In this document: piece after piece, positions 33,975 to 42,660 of the stretch | Position numbering within the stretch: the stretch's first letter is position 1 | Layout of the letters: each line of letters starts with the position of its first letter | DNA from: Methanomassiliicoccales archaeon | Lineage (GTDB): Archaea; Thermoplasmatota; Thermoplasmata; Methanomassiliicoccales; JAAEEP01 | Length of the DNA: 64,000 bases | Reading direction: 5' to 3' | Assembly (NCBI GenBank): GCA_013415695.1 | Contig: JAAEEP010000004.1 | Span: forward strand, 66,324-130,323 | Program-made: the position numbers and the translations under genes | Notes under the pieces: generated by a model | What the model saw: only the letters and a program-made list of their open reading frames with translations | What the model was told of the DNA's origin: nothing | The model's database searches: none

Positions 33975-35735
33975 ATGCTCTTTCGTGACCTGGTGGAGGT
34001 GTTCGATTCCCTAGAGTCAACCGCCAGCCGGCTGGAGATGACAGATTACCTATCGGATTTCTTCTCCCGTGTCAGCTGCAATGACATCGACAAGATCGTG
34101 TACCTCACCCAGGGAAAGCTTTTCCCTGACTTCTACCCTGAGAAGTTGGGCATCGCGGATAAACTCCTGCTGAAAGCCCTTGCTTTCACGAGTGGGATCA
34201 AGGAGAGCGAGATCCAGGAAATCTGGCTTAGAGAAGGGGATCCTGGAATCGTTGCCAGGGAGGTGTTTGGGAGGAAGAAGCAGACTGCTTTGTTCTCCGA
34301 GCAACTCACACTGAACAGAGTACATTCCAACCTCGTAAGGATAGCCAGGGCTGAGGGAAGTGGCTCTCAAGATTTGAAGATGAAGTTGCTGGCTGATATC
34401 CTGCATGACGCAACACCCGACGAGGCAAAATACCTTTCCAGGATAGTTACTGGGAGAATGAGGTTGGGCGTGGCCGCAGCCACCGCTGTGGACGCTCTTT
34501 CCCAGGCCTTTGGTGGCAAGGAACACAAGCCCGAGGTGGAGAGAGCGTTCAACATCTCCTCGGACCTGGGAATGGTGGCCTACACTTTATGCAGCGAGGG
34601 GTTGGATGGCCTATCCCATCTGAGTGTTAAGGTTGGAAATCCCATCAGGGCGATGTTGGCAGAGAGGCTCGCCTCGCCGGAGGAGATACTCGCGAAACTT
34701 GGAGGAACGGCTGCTTTCGAGTACAAGTACGACGGCGTGAGAGTTCAGGCACATATCTCGAAGGATGAGATCAGGCTGTTCTCAAGGAGGCTTGAGGATC
34801 TTACTCCCCAGTTCCCAGACGTGGTTTCAGATCTCAGGGATGCTTTTACGGGGGGCGAGGCCATCGTTGAGGGAGAGTGCGTCCCCATCGACATCAATAC
34901 CGGTGAGATGCTGCCTTTCCAGGAGGTATCGCACCGTCGGGGCCGTAAGTATGGACTGGAGGACGCCATTGAGGACTACCCGGTCCGAATATTCCTATTT
35001 GACTGCCTATATCTTGACGGGGAGGACCTGACCGAGCGGCCCCTCTCCATCAGGAGGAAGGCCCTCGAAGGTATCATCGATCAGGGTAACGGAGCCCGTT
35101 TGTCGGAGATGCGGATTCTCGAGGACACGAAGGAAGTGGAGAATTTTTTCAACAGGGCCCTACAGGACGGTTGCGAGGGACTAATGGCCAAATCGATAGG
35201 TGAAGGGTCCGTGTACAGGGCTGGAGCTCGTGGATTCCTATGGATCAAATACAAGAAGGAATACAGGTCGGAGATGACTGACACAGTGGACCTGGTAGCG
35301 GTCGGGGCTTTCGCTGGTAGGGGAAGAAGAGGCGGGGTGTACGGAGCGCTCCTAATGGCAACCTACAACGAACAACGGGACAAATTCGAGACGGTATGCA
35401 AGTTGGGCAGCGGGTTCGACGACGAGTTCCTAGCCGCTCTCCCGGGGTTACTGGAACCGTACAAGGAAAGTGTGAAGCATCACCAGGTTGAATCCAAGAT
35501 GGATGCTGATTTTTGGTTCGAACCTTCGCTGGTGCTCGAGGTCCTTGGCTCGGAGATAAGCCTCAGCCCGATCCACACCGCTGCATTCTCCATGATTCGC
35601 GAGGGGGCTGGGTTGGCGATTCGTTTCCCCAGATTCACTGGAAGAACAAGGGAAGACAAGGGGCCGAGAGAAGCAACTAGCTCTGAGGAGCTAGAGGCCA
35701 TGTATAAGCACCAATTAAAGAGGGTAGAATCCTAA
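33975..35735 (+). CDS. lig: ATP-dependent DNA ligase
   Basis: 586 aa with adenylation motif I 'EYKYDGVRVQ', motif 'EGLMAK' and 'WIKYKK'. Confidence 0.9.
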   Translation: MLFRDLVEVFDSLESTASRLEMTDYLSDFFSRVSCNDIDKIVYLTQGKLFPDFYPEKLGIADKLLLKALAFTSGIKESEIQEIWLREGDPGIVAREVFGRKKQTALFSEQLTLNRVHSNLVRIARAEGSGSQDLKMKLLADILHDATPDEAKYLSRIVTGRMRLGVAAATAVDALSQAFGGKEHKPEVERAFNISSDLGMVAYTLCSEGLDGLSHLSVKVGNPIRAMLAERLASPEEILAKLGGTAAFEYKYDGVRVQAHISKDEIRLFSRRLEDLTPQFPDVVSDLRDAFTGGEAIVEGECVPIDINTGEMLPFQEVSHRRGRKYGLEDAIEDYPVRIFLFDCLYLDGEDLTERPLSIRRKALEGIIDQGNGARLSEMRILEDTKEVENFFNRALQDGCEGLMAKSIGEGSVYRAGARGFLWIKYKKEYRSEMTDTVDLVAVGAFAGRGRRGGVYGALLMATYNEQRDKFETVCKLGSGFDDEFLAALPGLLEPYKESVKHHQVESKMDADFWFEPSLVLEVLGSEISLSPIHTAAFSMIREGAGLAIRFPRFTGRTREDKGPREATSSEELEAMYKHQLKRVES

Positions 35736-35748
35736 TTCTACGAAAATG

Positions 35749-35757
35749 TTTATAAAT
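35749..35757 (+). promoter_or_regulatory. TATA box of a leaderless rpoL transcript
   Basis: 'tttataaat' is centred ~27 nt upstream of the ATG at 35780, the usual archaeal TATA-to-start spacing for leaderless mRNAs. Confidence 0.55.
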
Positions 35758-35779
35758 GGAACGAATATAGCGAGTCCCG

Positions 35780-36055
35780 ATGGAACTCGAGCTCATCGAG
35801 AAGGACAAGGACTCTATCAAGATAAAGTTCATTGATCCAGAAATGACGATTATCAACCCCCTGGTCACCGAACTCTTGAATGATGAAGTGGTGGCTGCGG
35901 TCGACTACTGGGCCGGTCACCCCGATCTGGAATCTCCCACGCTCTATGTGAAGGTCGAAAAGGGCAAACCGCAAACCGCTCTGAAGAGGGCGGCGAAGAA
36001 CCTATCGAACCAATTCAAGGAAGCCAGGGAGAAACTCAAGAAGGATCTGAAGTAG
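35780..36055 (+). CDS. rpoL: DNA-directed RNA polymerase subunit L (Rpo11)
   Basis: 91 aa. 'MELELIEKDKDSIKIKFIDPEMTIINPLVTELL' and 'HPDLESPTLYVK' fit the Rpo11/RpoL family. Confidence 0.85.
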   Translation: MELELIEKDKDSIKIKFIDPEMTIINPLVTELLNDEVVAAVDYWAGHPDLESPTLYVKVEKGKPQTALKRAAKNLSNQFKEAREKLKKDLK

Positions 36056-36060
36056 GTGCC

Positions 36061-37365
36061 ATGGCCTGCGTCGAATGTCATACCCGGGAAAGGAACCTGG
36101 GTTTCGAAGTTTTCTACACAGAAACACCAGGTATAGAGGGAAGGCTGAGGGACACCCCTGAGGACTTCAGGGTGGAAGAGATTCCAGAATTCCCTCCGGA
36201 ATCCGGTGACGGGCGATTCACCATCGCAAAGGTCACCTCCAACAACTGGGAGACCAACAGGCTCATCAGACAATTGTCCAGAAACCTCCATATCTCACGG
36301 AACCGCATCGGATTCGCAGGAACCAAGGATAAAAGGGCAGTAACCACTCAGCTCATGTCCTTCGAGGCACCGCTTGAAGAAGTCGTTTCCATCCAGATGC
36401 CTGGGGTGGAGATCACCGATGCCTACCGAGCCCGGAGAAAGATCAACATTGGAGACCTGGTGGGCAACGCCTTCGAGTTGAGGGTTGTTGATTGTTCTAC
36501 CAGAGGCGAGCAGCTATTGGAGAGGATCAAGAGTGTACTGACTCCCCTCCAGGAGCTTGGAGGTTTTCCCAATTACTTCGGCATTCAGCGATTCGGGTCA
36601 CTAAGGCCAGTTACCCACACCGTCGGGAAACAGATCGTTCATGGGGATTTTGAGGGTGCCGTGAGAACCTATGTGGCCACACCGACACCATGGGAGATGG
36701 AGGAATCCAGGGATGCAAGGAAGAGGCTACACGAGGAATGGGATTTTAAATCAGCCCTTGGGTACTTCCCCCAGAGGCTGACCTTCGAGAGAGTCGTCAT
36801 AGACCATCTTGTAGAATACCCCGAAGACTATTCCGGAGCGCTTAAAAGGCTTCCTACTAACCTCCAGATGATGTTCGTTCACGCTTACCAATCGTACATG
36901 TTCAATCGAATTCTTTCTGAGAGGATCAGGAGGAATATGCCCCTTAACTCTCCTCTAGTGGGAGATGTGGTCCTCCCAATGACCAAGGACTGGATTCCGG
37001 ACCACGAGTTATTCATACCCGTGACAGAGGAAAACATCGACCTCGTGTCCAAGCAGGTTTCCGAGGGCAAGGCGTTCGTGTCAGGTGTGCTGTTCGGCTC
37101 TGAAAGCGAATTCGCCGAAGGAGATATGGGGGCCCTGGAAATATCTGTCGTGGAATCAGAAGGACTGAAGAAGGAGGATTTCATCGTCCCTGAGATCCCG
37201 CATTGCAGCTCAAAGGGAAGCAGGAGAGAACTGATCTGCAGGTTCTGGGACTTTTCGAACTCGGTCGATGGTGATACGGCTACATTCAAGTTCAAGTTGG
37301 GAAAAGGATGCTATGCCACCTCCCTCTTGAGGGAGTTCCTCAAGGTCGACCCCATTGGATACTAG
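36061..37365 (+). CDS. truD: tRNA pseudouridine(13) synthase TruD/Pus7 family
   Basis: 434 aa with 'PEDFRVEEI', the catalytic 'FAGTKDKRAVTTQ' and 'PNYFGIQRFG'. Confidence 0.85.
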   Translation: MACVECHTRERNLGFEVFYTETPGIEGRLRDTPEDFRVEEIPEFPPESGDGRFTIAKVTSNNWETNRLIRQLSRNLHISRNRIGFAGTKDKRAVTTQLMSFEAPLEEVVSIQMPGVEITDAYRARRKINIGDLVGNAFELRVVDCSTRGEQLLERIKSVLTPLQELGGFPNYFGIQRFGSLRPVTHTVGKQIVHGDFEGAVRTYVATPTPWEMEESRDARKRLHEEWDFKSALGYFPQRLTFERVVIDHLVEYPEDYSGALKRLPTNLQMMFVHAYQSYMFNRILSERIRRNMPLNSPLVGDVVLPMTKDWIPDHELFIPVTEENIDLVSKQVSEGKAFVSGVLFGSESEFAEGDMGALEISVVESEGLKKEDFIVPEIPHCSSKGSRRELICRFWDFSNSVDGDTATFKFKLGKGCYATSLLREFLKVDPIGY

Positions 37366-37371
37366 GGCCAT

Positions 37372-40300
37372 TCAAAGCCGAGACCAGTCCCTGGGCTCCT
37401 TTTCCTGTCTTTCCTCGTGATCAAGCGGAAGGGTCTTTCCGTTGGATGGTGGTAAATCATCCTTCTTGCTCTGGGATTTTGGCCTGTCCTTGGATAGGGG
37501 AGCCTTGCACCTGGGACATTTTCCCTCTTTCAAGCAATCGTTACAGAGCATGGTCTCGCAGGATGGACATTGAGCGGTTGCGAGCGAGCCATGGAACAGA
37601 CATCGTCTGTCCTTCAAGCTGTCGGTGTCGACCTTGGTGGGCTCTTCCTTCTTATCATTACCGTAGAACCGGTCGTAAAGTTCCTTCTCCCTCTGCACTG
37701 GAGAGGGGGGCTTCTTGGTGGTGACTGGGGCAACTGGGACCCTCCTGCTGTCCTCCAAGGATATTGGTCCTTGGGCCCCGTGGAACTCTTTGACCTTGAC
37801 ACCAGCGGTGCGATATCCTTCCGTCTTCAGGGAATCCATCACCGCCATGAGCTTCCTGGCGGTGTACAGGCCTACTCCCAGACTCTCCATGATCCCCAGC
37901 AGGTTGCGCTGTTCCTCCGGAAGGTCCATTGCCCTCCGTAGATGGTATTCGGTATCCTCGTCCCTTATTCCTGAGGACATCTCCATCTCGTTCACTTTCT
38001 CGATGTAGGAGAGCACCCGTTTGGCCTTTTTGATATTCCTTTCGGGAAGGGCCATGAGGACATCGGGCAATCTAAGACCATAGCGTGAGACACTGGGGTT
38101 TCGGTAACTTGATAACAGAACCTTGCGTGAGAGATCCTCGTACTCCTTGAACTCAGCCCTTGTGAGAGAGGATAGGCTCAAAGGCTCCCGTATCTCAAGG
38201 AACTCCATCACATCGTCCAAATATGCATAGGGTACTCCGCATTCCCTGAACGCCTCCTCTCTTGTGATCTTCTTGTTCTGGCGGTACTCGTACTCCATGA
38301 TTTTCTCGGCCATGCCAGCGATCTCCCCCTCTCTGAGCTTCTTCTCTGCTTGCCTTCTTCCTTCTGCCGCAGAGTCCATTCCAGGATCGATCTCCAGTGC
38401 CTTCTCGAAGGCCCGCTTGGCGGGTTCGTGCTTGCCCATGGCGAGCAATATCATTCCCTTACCGTTCCAGGCGATTTTGTCGTCAGCATCGATGCCTAGG
38501 GCGGAATCGTAACTCCTTAAGGCCTCCTCCTGCTTTCCTGCCCTCTCCATCAGGGATGCCCTGTTGAGCCAGACCTTCTTATCCCTTGGGTCTATCTCCA
38601 GTGATCGGTCAAAGCACTCCATCGCCCTCTCCATATTGTTGAGCCTCATGTTGACCACTCCCAGCCGGTTCCAAACACCGGAGTCATTAGGCTCCATTGA
38701 GGCGGCTCTCTCATAGCTGTCGAGTGCTTCCATCATCCTTCCAAGCTCCTCTAGCGCCCTGCCTTTGGACTTGAAGATCTGGCAATCGGCTACCCCAAGC
38801 TCTATGGAATGGTTGTAGCTGTCAACTGCCTCCTCAAATCTCTGGAGCTTGAACATCGCGCCGCCCTTGTACTTCCATACCTCACCGTTCCGTCGGTCCA
38901 GGGTGATGGCCCTGTCGAAGGCGGCAACCGCGTCATCATACCTTTCCAAGGAAGCAAGGGCTCTCCCCCTATCCATCTGGAACAAGGCTATGCTGGGGGA
39001 CATCTCCACACACTTATCGAAGACCTTCAGGGCTTCGTTGTACTGGCCGAGTAGAAGAAGGGCTCTTCCCTTATTGTTGAGAATGTTGGCATCAGAAGCG
39101 TCCAATCTCCAGGCTCTATCGAAGCATTCAACTGCCTCGCCATAACGGCCCAAAGAGATCAGGGCAAGGCCCTTCCTATTGAATAGCATCTTGTCTCCAG
39201 TATCTAGCTGGATGGCCATCTCGTAAGATGATATGGCCTCCTCAGCTCTTCCCAATCGCTCAAGCGCACCTCCTCTGTCAACATAAGCCATCTTATTCTT
39301 GGCATCCAAACGTAGGATCTCGTTGCATATCTTGATGATCTCCGACGGATCCCCCTTGACGATGACCGAGAGCTTCTTGTGCTCAAATATCCCAATATCA
39401 GTGGGATCCAGCTCGATGGCACGATCGAAGGCCTTTATCGCTTCATTGTTCCTGTCTAGGTTCTGGCATGCTATTCCCTTGTCCACCCAGGCATTCTTAT
39501 TCTTGGGATCGATCTTGATTATCTGGTCGCAGACTCTGATGATGTCATCCGACCGCCCAATGAATTTGAGCGAGTATTTCTTAGCCTCGAGAATGTCAAT
39601 GTCCCTTCTGCCAAGTTCCAGGGCTCGGTCGTAAGAATCCACCGCTTCTTGGTGCCTCCCCATCTTAGACAGGACCTGGCCGCGTCTGAAGTGGACGAAC
39701 TTGTTCTCCAAATCCATAGTAACAGCCTGATCGTAGCACATGAGGGCATCGGACATGCGGTCAAGCCATTCGAGGGCTACCCCCTTGCTAATCCAGATAT
39801 TCTTGTCAGAGGGGTCGATGCCCAATGCATTGTCATAGCAGGCAACAGCTTCCTCGAACCTCTTGGAGCTTTCCAGGGCCAGTCCTTTGGAGTACCAGAG
39901 TCGCTTATCATTCTGGTCCAATTCGATCGCCGAGGTGAAGGCCTCAGTGGCCTCATCATACTGGCCCAAGGCATACAGCGAATCGCCCTTCACTCTCCAG
40001 AATGTGATATTCGAAGGGAACTTATCAGCTCCGTCAGAGACCCTGTTCAAGGCATCCTCAAATCTTCTCACGGAGAACATTGCCACAGAAATATCCTGGA
40101 TCAGCTTCTCGTCATTCGGGTCCATCTCCAATGCTTTATCGTAGACCTGGATTGCCTCCAGCTTCCGATCGAGCCTGTCGAGTGCTACAGCTTTGTCAAT
40201 AAGAATATCCTTGTTGGCCGGGTTCAGCTCTAGTATCCTATCACAGGCATCAAGGACCGCTTTGTCCTTACCAAGGTGTTTCTGGGCCTCCTCAATCAAA

Positions 40301-41673
40301 ATGAACGTATCCTCGTAATCCGGCCGGATCTTTGCGGACCTCTCAAGGGGTTTTATTGCATCCTTGTACCTATCGGTCCGGATCATTGCCAGACCAAGGT
40401 CATGAAGGGCATCGGCATCCTCTGCCCTCAGAGATATAAGCTCGGAACATACAATCTCCAGATCGGGGTACTTCTTCAGATTGCGGAGCACGATTCTCAT
40501 CCTGGTCAGGAGCTCGGGCTCCTTCTGGAACTTGACCATGGTAGCCTGGATCTCCATCATCGCTTCATCGTACTCCTCCAACTCGATGAGGGCATCCATC
40601 TTGATCAGGAAGGTGGGCAGATCCTCGTCCTTGACGGAAAGGATGCGGGAGCAACATTCTGCCAACTCTTCATATCTCTCCAATCTCTTGAGAATCGAGC
40701 ATTTTCCATCCAGTGCTGGCATATAAACAGGATCTATCTCCAGGGACCTGTTGTAGGCGACAATGCTCTCGTCCAACTCTCCCATCTGGTCTAGCAGGGA
40801 TCCCTTCTCTGCCCAGATGTGTTTGTCCACCGGATCCAAGCGAAGTGCTTTTGAATAACTCTCCAGAGCTTCGTATAGATCATCCTTCTCCCGGAGAGCT
40901 CTGGCCTTGTTCAGATGAGCTGAAAAGGAGTTTCTATCTATCTCGAGGACATTATCGTATGCTTCTACAGCTGACACATACTCCCCTTTCATGAGAAGGA
41001 CCCTGGCCCTATCCAAGAGAAGGTAAATGTCTCTTGGAGCCTCCTCCAGTCCAGTCTCGAAAGATTCGAGAGCCTCTTCCAGCTTGCCTTCGCCCATGAG
41101 GGTCTCGCCTTTCTTCCTGAGCCAATCCCCCTTGTTCTCGCTCCTATCGACGAGCTTGTCATACACGACAATGTCCAGAGGGTCCATCTGCTGGACCCTC
41201 TTGAGGGACTCGACGGATTCTTCGTCCCTGCCTGCATCATGCAGCAGCTCTGCCTTCTCCATCCATAGGGACTTATCATCTGGATTGTCACGGATCGCTT
41301 TATCCAGGATGTCGATTGCCTCGGTCTCAGACCCAATGGCGAATAGGGCCCTTGCCTTGATGGTAAGGGCTACTCCGCTCTGGGAGGATGCCTCAAGTGC
41401 CTTATCCGCAACCTTGTTCGCCTCATCCGGCCTTTCACAGGTGATGTAGGCTCGACTCAACTGCGAGAGTGTCTCGATGTATGTCGCCTGGTTCTCCTGC
41501 TTGCTGGGCATTCCCTTGAACAGCATCACCTTGGCCCTCTCGAGACTCTCCAGCGCTGAATCGACGTTGCCGCCAGCGACGCTTTGTTGAGCATTCTCGA
41601 TGGACCTCTGTGATTTCTTGATAGCCCTCAGATCACTGTCGAGCAGAGAGTCAAAAAAACCCATCCCATTCAC
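37372..41673 (-). CDS. Giant TPR-repeat protein (1433 aa) with a C-terminal Cys-rich zinc-ribbon-like module
   Basis: About 30 tandem 34-aa TPR-like units, for example 'EEALRSYDSALGIDADDKIAWNGKG'. The tail is 'CLFHGSLATAQCPSCETMLCNDCLKEGKCPRCKAPL'. Confidence 0.8.
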   Translation of the reverse strand: MNGMGFFDSLLDSDLRAIKKSQRSIENAQQSVAGGNVDSALESLERAKVMLFKGMPSKQENQATYIETLSQLSRAYITCERPDEANKVADKALEASSQSGVALTIKARALFAIGSETEAIDILDKAIRDNPDDKSLWMEKAELLHDAGRDEESVESLKRVQQMDPLDIVVYDKLVDRSENKGDWLRKKGETLMGEGKLEEALESFETGLEEAPRDIYLLLDRARVLLMKGEYVSAVEAYDNVLEIDRNSFSAHLNKARALREKDDLYEALESYSKALRLDPVDKHIWAEKGSLLDQMGELDESIVAYNRSLEIDPVYMPALDGKCSILKRLERYEELAECCSRILSVKDEDLPTFLIKMDALIELEEYDEAMMEIQATMVKFQKEPELLTRMRIVLRNLKKYPDLEIVCSELISLRAEDADALHDLGLAMIRTDRYKDAIKPLERSAKIRPDYEDTFILIEEAQKHLGKDKAVLDACDRILELNPANKDILIDKAVALDRLDRKLEAIQVYDKALEMDPNDEKLIQDISVAMFSVRRFEDALNRVSDGADKFPSNITFWRVKGDSLYALGQYDEATEAFTSAIELDQNDKRLWYSKGLALESSKRFEEAVACYDNALGIDPSDKNIWISKGVALEWLDRMSDALMCYDQAVTMDLENKFVHFRRGQVLSKMGRHQEAVDSYDRALELGRRDIDILEAKKYSLKFIGRSDDIIRVCDQIIKIDPKNKNAWVDKGIACQNLDRNNEAIKAFDRAIELDPTDIGIFEHKKLSVIVKGDPSEIIKICNEILRLDAKNKMAYVDRGGALERLGRAEEAISSYEMAIQLDTGDKMLFNRKGLALISLGRYGEAVECFDRAWRLDASDANILNNKGRALLLLGQYNEALKVFDKCVEMSPSIALFQMDRGRALASLERYDDAVAAFDRAITLDRRNGEVWKYKGGAMFKLQRFEEAVDSYNHSIELGVADCQIFKSKGRALEELGRMMEALDSYERAASMEPNDSGVWNRLGVVNMRLNNMERAMECFDRSLEIDPRDKKVWLNRASLMERAGKQEEALRSYDSALGIDADDKIAWNGKGMILLAMGKHEPAKRAFEKALEIDPGMDSAAEGRRQAEKKLREGEIAGMAEKIMEYEYRQNKKITREEAFRECGVPYAYLDDVMEFLEIREPLSLSSLTRAEFKEYEDLSRKVLLSSYRNPSVSRYGLRLPDVLMALPERNIKKAKRVLSYIEKVNEMEMSSGIRDEDTEYHLRRAMDLPEEQRNLLGIMESLGVGLYTARKLMAVMDSLKTEGYRTAGVKVKEFHGAQGPISLEDSRRVPVAPVTTKKPPSPVQREKELYDRFYGNDKKEEPTKVDTDSLKDRRCLFHGSLATAQCPSCETMLCNDCLKEGKCPRCKAPLSKDRPKSQSKKDDLPPSNGKTLPLDHEERQEKEPRDWSRL

Positions 41674-41755
41674 CTGTGCTGGTTAAATATCCGGCAATGC
41701 TCAAAAAGCTTTGGTCATAGTATGAGAAAACGAAATTGAAATGATACTTTCATTA

Positions 41756-41891
41756 AAAATCGTCTGACAATAAGAATATTTTAAGTTCACACTGGTATAA
41801 TGATGATTCCCATTTTTACGTCTGACAATTGTTTTCAAAATTTATATATATAATGATAAAGATTATCATTATTGTCTGACGTAAGTCGGAC
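41756..41891. promoter_or_regulatory. Repeated GTCTGAC motifs in the AT-rich divergent intergenic region
   Basis: CGTCTGACAAT occurs at 41761-41771 and 41819-41829, 58 nt apart. The near-palindrome TGTCTGAC-gtaa-GTCGGACA is at 41873-41892. TGATAA-aga-TTATCA lies at ~41853-41867. Confidence 0.4.
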
Positions 41892-41921
41892 AAGGGGGAA
41901 ACCCCAAAGGGATGGGATAAC

Positions 41922-42152
41922 TTGACAGGAGATTTCGACGCAAGTCAGTTGGAAATTGCTGAGGACGTCATGGATTGGATGAAGAACCACACCCTCAGAG
42001 ACCTCACCGACATCGCTATCGAGATGGAGGAGAACGGCGAGAACGCTAAAGAAGTCTGGGAATTCATCCAGGAGCTTAACTTGGTTGCTAAAGAAGGGGT
42101 TATGGACCTGAAGAGCTCCGAAATATCGACGAAGGAGCCTGCCCACGCTTGA
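41922..42152 (+). CDS. Hypothetical small acidic protein
   Basis: 76-aa ORF with a TTG start (an ATG alternative gives MDWMKNH...). A GGGGG(G)-N9-CCCCC hairpin at 42165-42184 follows. No family recognised. Confidence 0.3.
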   Translation: MTGDFDASQLEIAEDVMDWMKNHTLRDLTDIAIEMEENGENAKEVWEFIQELNLVAKEGVMDLKSSEISTKEPAHA

Positions 42153-42306
42153 TTGAACTCTCCAGGGGGGCATATGAGTCCCCCTAAACCTCCTCTTGAC
42201 TGTTCTTGGTCTATTCACTACCTTAATAATACTCCGTCTTTCCAACATTGAACCTAAAGAGGTCACCGCTAAGCATTTAATATGGAATTGAGATTAGGTG
42301 CCAGAA

Positions 42307-42383
42307 GCAGGTGTGGTCTAGTCTGGTTAGGATTTTGGCCTTCCAAGCCAACAGCTCGGGTTCGAATCCCGACGCCTGCACCA
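42307..42383 (+). tRNA. tRNA-Gly (anticodon UCC) with genomically encoded CCA
   Basis: Hand-folded cloverleaf. The acceptor pairs GCAGGTG/CGCCTGC with one G-U. The anticodon stem is TTGGC/GCCAA with loop CTTCCAA. The T arm is TCGGG-TTCGAAT-CCCGA. Discriminator A is followed by CCA at 42381-42383. A TATA-like 'tttaatat' lies ~28 nt upstream. Confidence 0.9.
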
Positions 42384-42660
42384 CAACAGCATCTCATGAT
42401 CAGGATTTCGATTTCTATTTGGGGACTACATCACATAGAGACTCCATAAATGATTTCACAGCTGGTTCACTTTTATAAGGAGAAGTAGAGATCCCAATGA
42501 TGTTATTGGCGTATAGCCACGCATTTATGATATCGAACACTGGAGATCGAGTTTACTGGTAACGAGATAATGACCAATGGCGAATAGGCTGCAGTGTAGA
42601 CTAATGTTCATTTTCTAATAGTACTGGGCTAAAGAAAAAAGAAGAAATTAGAGAAGAGGT

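Noticed and set aside
39649-40794. Long plus-strand ORFs (194 aa, 172 aa and others) inside the TPR gene region
   Set aside because: They are antisense to a continuous 1433-aa TPR reading frame. Their periodic composition mirrors the repeat on the other strand and they have no independent signals.
42384-42660. C/D box sRNA downstream of tRNA-Gly (AAUGAUGU...UGAUAU... around 42500-42560), with a similar check at 32230-32290
   Set aside because: The C-box-like heptamers are not matched by CUGA D/D' boxes at the required ~12-nt guide spacing, and there is no terminal stem.
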